Part shown: positions 62,339 to 64,000 of the stretch, piece after piece | Position numbering within the stretch: the stretch's first letter is position 1 | How the letters are laid out: each line of letters begins with the position of its first letter | Source of the DNA: Obrimoposthia wandeli | Lineage: Eukaryota | NCBI GenBank assembly: GCA_977020255.1 | Contig: CDROCS010000358.1 | Location: forward strand, 186,001 to 250,000 | Reading direction: 5' to 3' | Length of the DNA stretch: 64,000 bases | Translations under genes and position numbers: made by a program | Notes under the pieces: model-generated | Told to the model about the DNA's origin: nothing | Seen by the model: only the letters and a program-made list of their open reading frames with translations | Databases searched by the model: none

Positions 62339-64000
62339 GTATGTCCTATTTCAGACAACATGTCTATTGATTTACCATACTTAGTCGAAGTGTCATTGGG
62401 AAAAATGTCCCTAAAAGAACATAAAATGTTTATTAGCCGAAATGTATGTTCTATGGCGATACAGGTTTCACTAACGTTTGATAAATAGGTTCGAGTGACA
62501 ATTAAATATTCAGAACCTTTTGAGGAACAAATTGAGGCTTTTACTAGTTCTATCGTTTATAATAAAATAATCCACATCCCTATATTTCTATTGATTTATA
62601 AAATGGATTTAAATACCAGAATTACAACTGTTAGAATATGTTATTGCAATAGATGTAGCCCACAAGAGACAATGGGGAAATTTAAAACCGTGAATGGATT
62701 AAAATAGCATCCTTTTTCATGCTCCACCAGATTTAAAGTTCTGAAAATATTTCCAATAGGAAAAGTTGCGGAAGATCGTCACTAAGAGAAGGCGGAGGTG
62801 ACGCTGTTATGGAAACACTCAATTATAAAATGATAACTCGCAAGGAATCGCGAAGTGTTGTGAAGTCTTCCGAGTTACCAATATACCAAAATCAAGTGTA
62901 AATGACATTATTCGACATTCATTGGAGTTCTATCCATACTAATTAAGACTCTCAAAAGCCATTACTGATGATGATAAATGAAAAAAACGCTTCAAAAACG
63001 ATGGAAAAATCAAATTATTCTTCCTCGTTTTCCGTCACAAAATAAGACTGATACGCCCCAAACCACTTGACCTTAATCCCTTCATATTGGAAAGGTTTGT
63101 ATCTGGAGCACTTCAATGCACATGGCAAATGAGAACCATATTTCTTTGATGGCACTGATCATTACTATCAAATGTTGAAATGCTGTTTGATTCCTCAACC
63201 AATACAACACATTTTATGATTTATTTTCATCAAGACAGAGTTACTTCCCATTATTCGATTACAGAGGAACTTTTTTTTTTGGACAATTTTGACAGATAAC
63301 CAATTGACGTAACAAAACCAAGAAATGTTGTATGCTCTGCTAAATCACATTTAGGTCGTGACTGCTTGTCTTCTGCACTGTTCTAGGTGGTTCATGAGAA
63401 ATAAACGCTGCGTTTCCACATTCAGTGTTACAGTTATTGTACTCCATTTCAGTGTTTCTTAATTAGACACTAATTTGATGCAATTCAAACCTGATTAACA
63501 TTGAAGATCATTTGCAGAGAAGACAGCAACTGCTCAGTCACCTGGTTGCACTGATAAGTGCATCTGGTGTGGCTGGCAGTATACACTGATGTGTGGTGAT
63601 CGTCTTCTGGCTGCTATGAATACAACGCATGCTGAACTCGATGTGTATATGTACTTACCTGTGTGCCTGGACTCAAGATCACCACTCTGTTTACACCAAA
63701 CTGCGAGCTAAGTTGCCACTTTATGGCACCTTTTTGTCGAGTCACGATAGGTTCTGCAAGCAGTGGACACAGCAAATTATAAATCTCAACTGGATGCGGG
63801 AACAATATCGCCTCGATTATCACAAACTGCTAACAGATGTTGACTACAAACAAATACGAATGCTCACTACTTGATATCATATAAAGCAATGCCTGTGAAT
63901 GGTCAGTGTGCCTGTAGAGAAAACCCACAATCGAGAATGAGTTAAGATGCGGATGTGTTTCTATTTGCAGCAGGGATATTTCACTTCGTAGATAGGATTT

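Overview
AT-rich eukaryotic (probably animal) genomic DNA with very short spliceosomal introns (38-80 nt), dominated by two large mobile elements. (1) A 14.25 kb Ty3/Gypsy LTR retrotransposon (10526-24777, +). A chuvirus-like (Jingchuvirales-type) envelope glycoprotein sits between gag and protease in what appears to be one polyprotein (Gag-G-PR-RT-RH-IN). Its 3' region carries a bZIP-like ORF, a DEDDh (REX4/ISG20-like) exonuclease with intact catalytic motifs, a decayed antisense ORF and a canonical type I hammerhead ribozyme on the minus strand. A degenerate inverted relative at about 5100-9110 has the same Gag-G junction. (2) A 15.2 kb decaying Polinton/Maverick (40399-55597; about 100 bp TIRs, 6-bp TSD TTCGGG). 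It has pPolB, ATPase, integrase, major and minor capsid and protease genes, plus an intron-split TBP-like gene, a multi-exon disordered regulator, a DEDD-like exonuclease and clustered E2F-like and nuclear-receptor-like motifs. Between and around these are two paralogous RING/TRAF-like host genes, a hAT MITE, other repeats, a second Polinton capsid fragment and unidentified host exons. Both large elements carry inactivating lesions. All family assignments come from motif recognition by eye, not from database searches.
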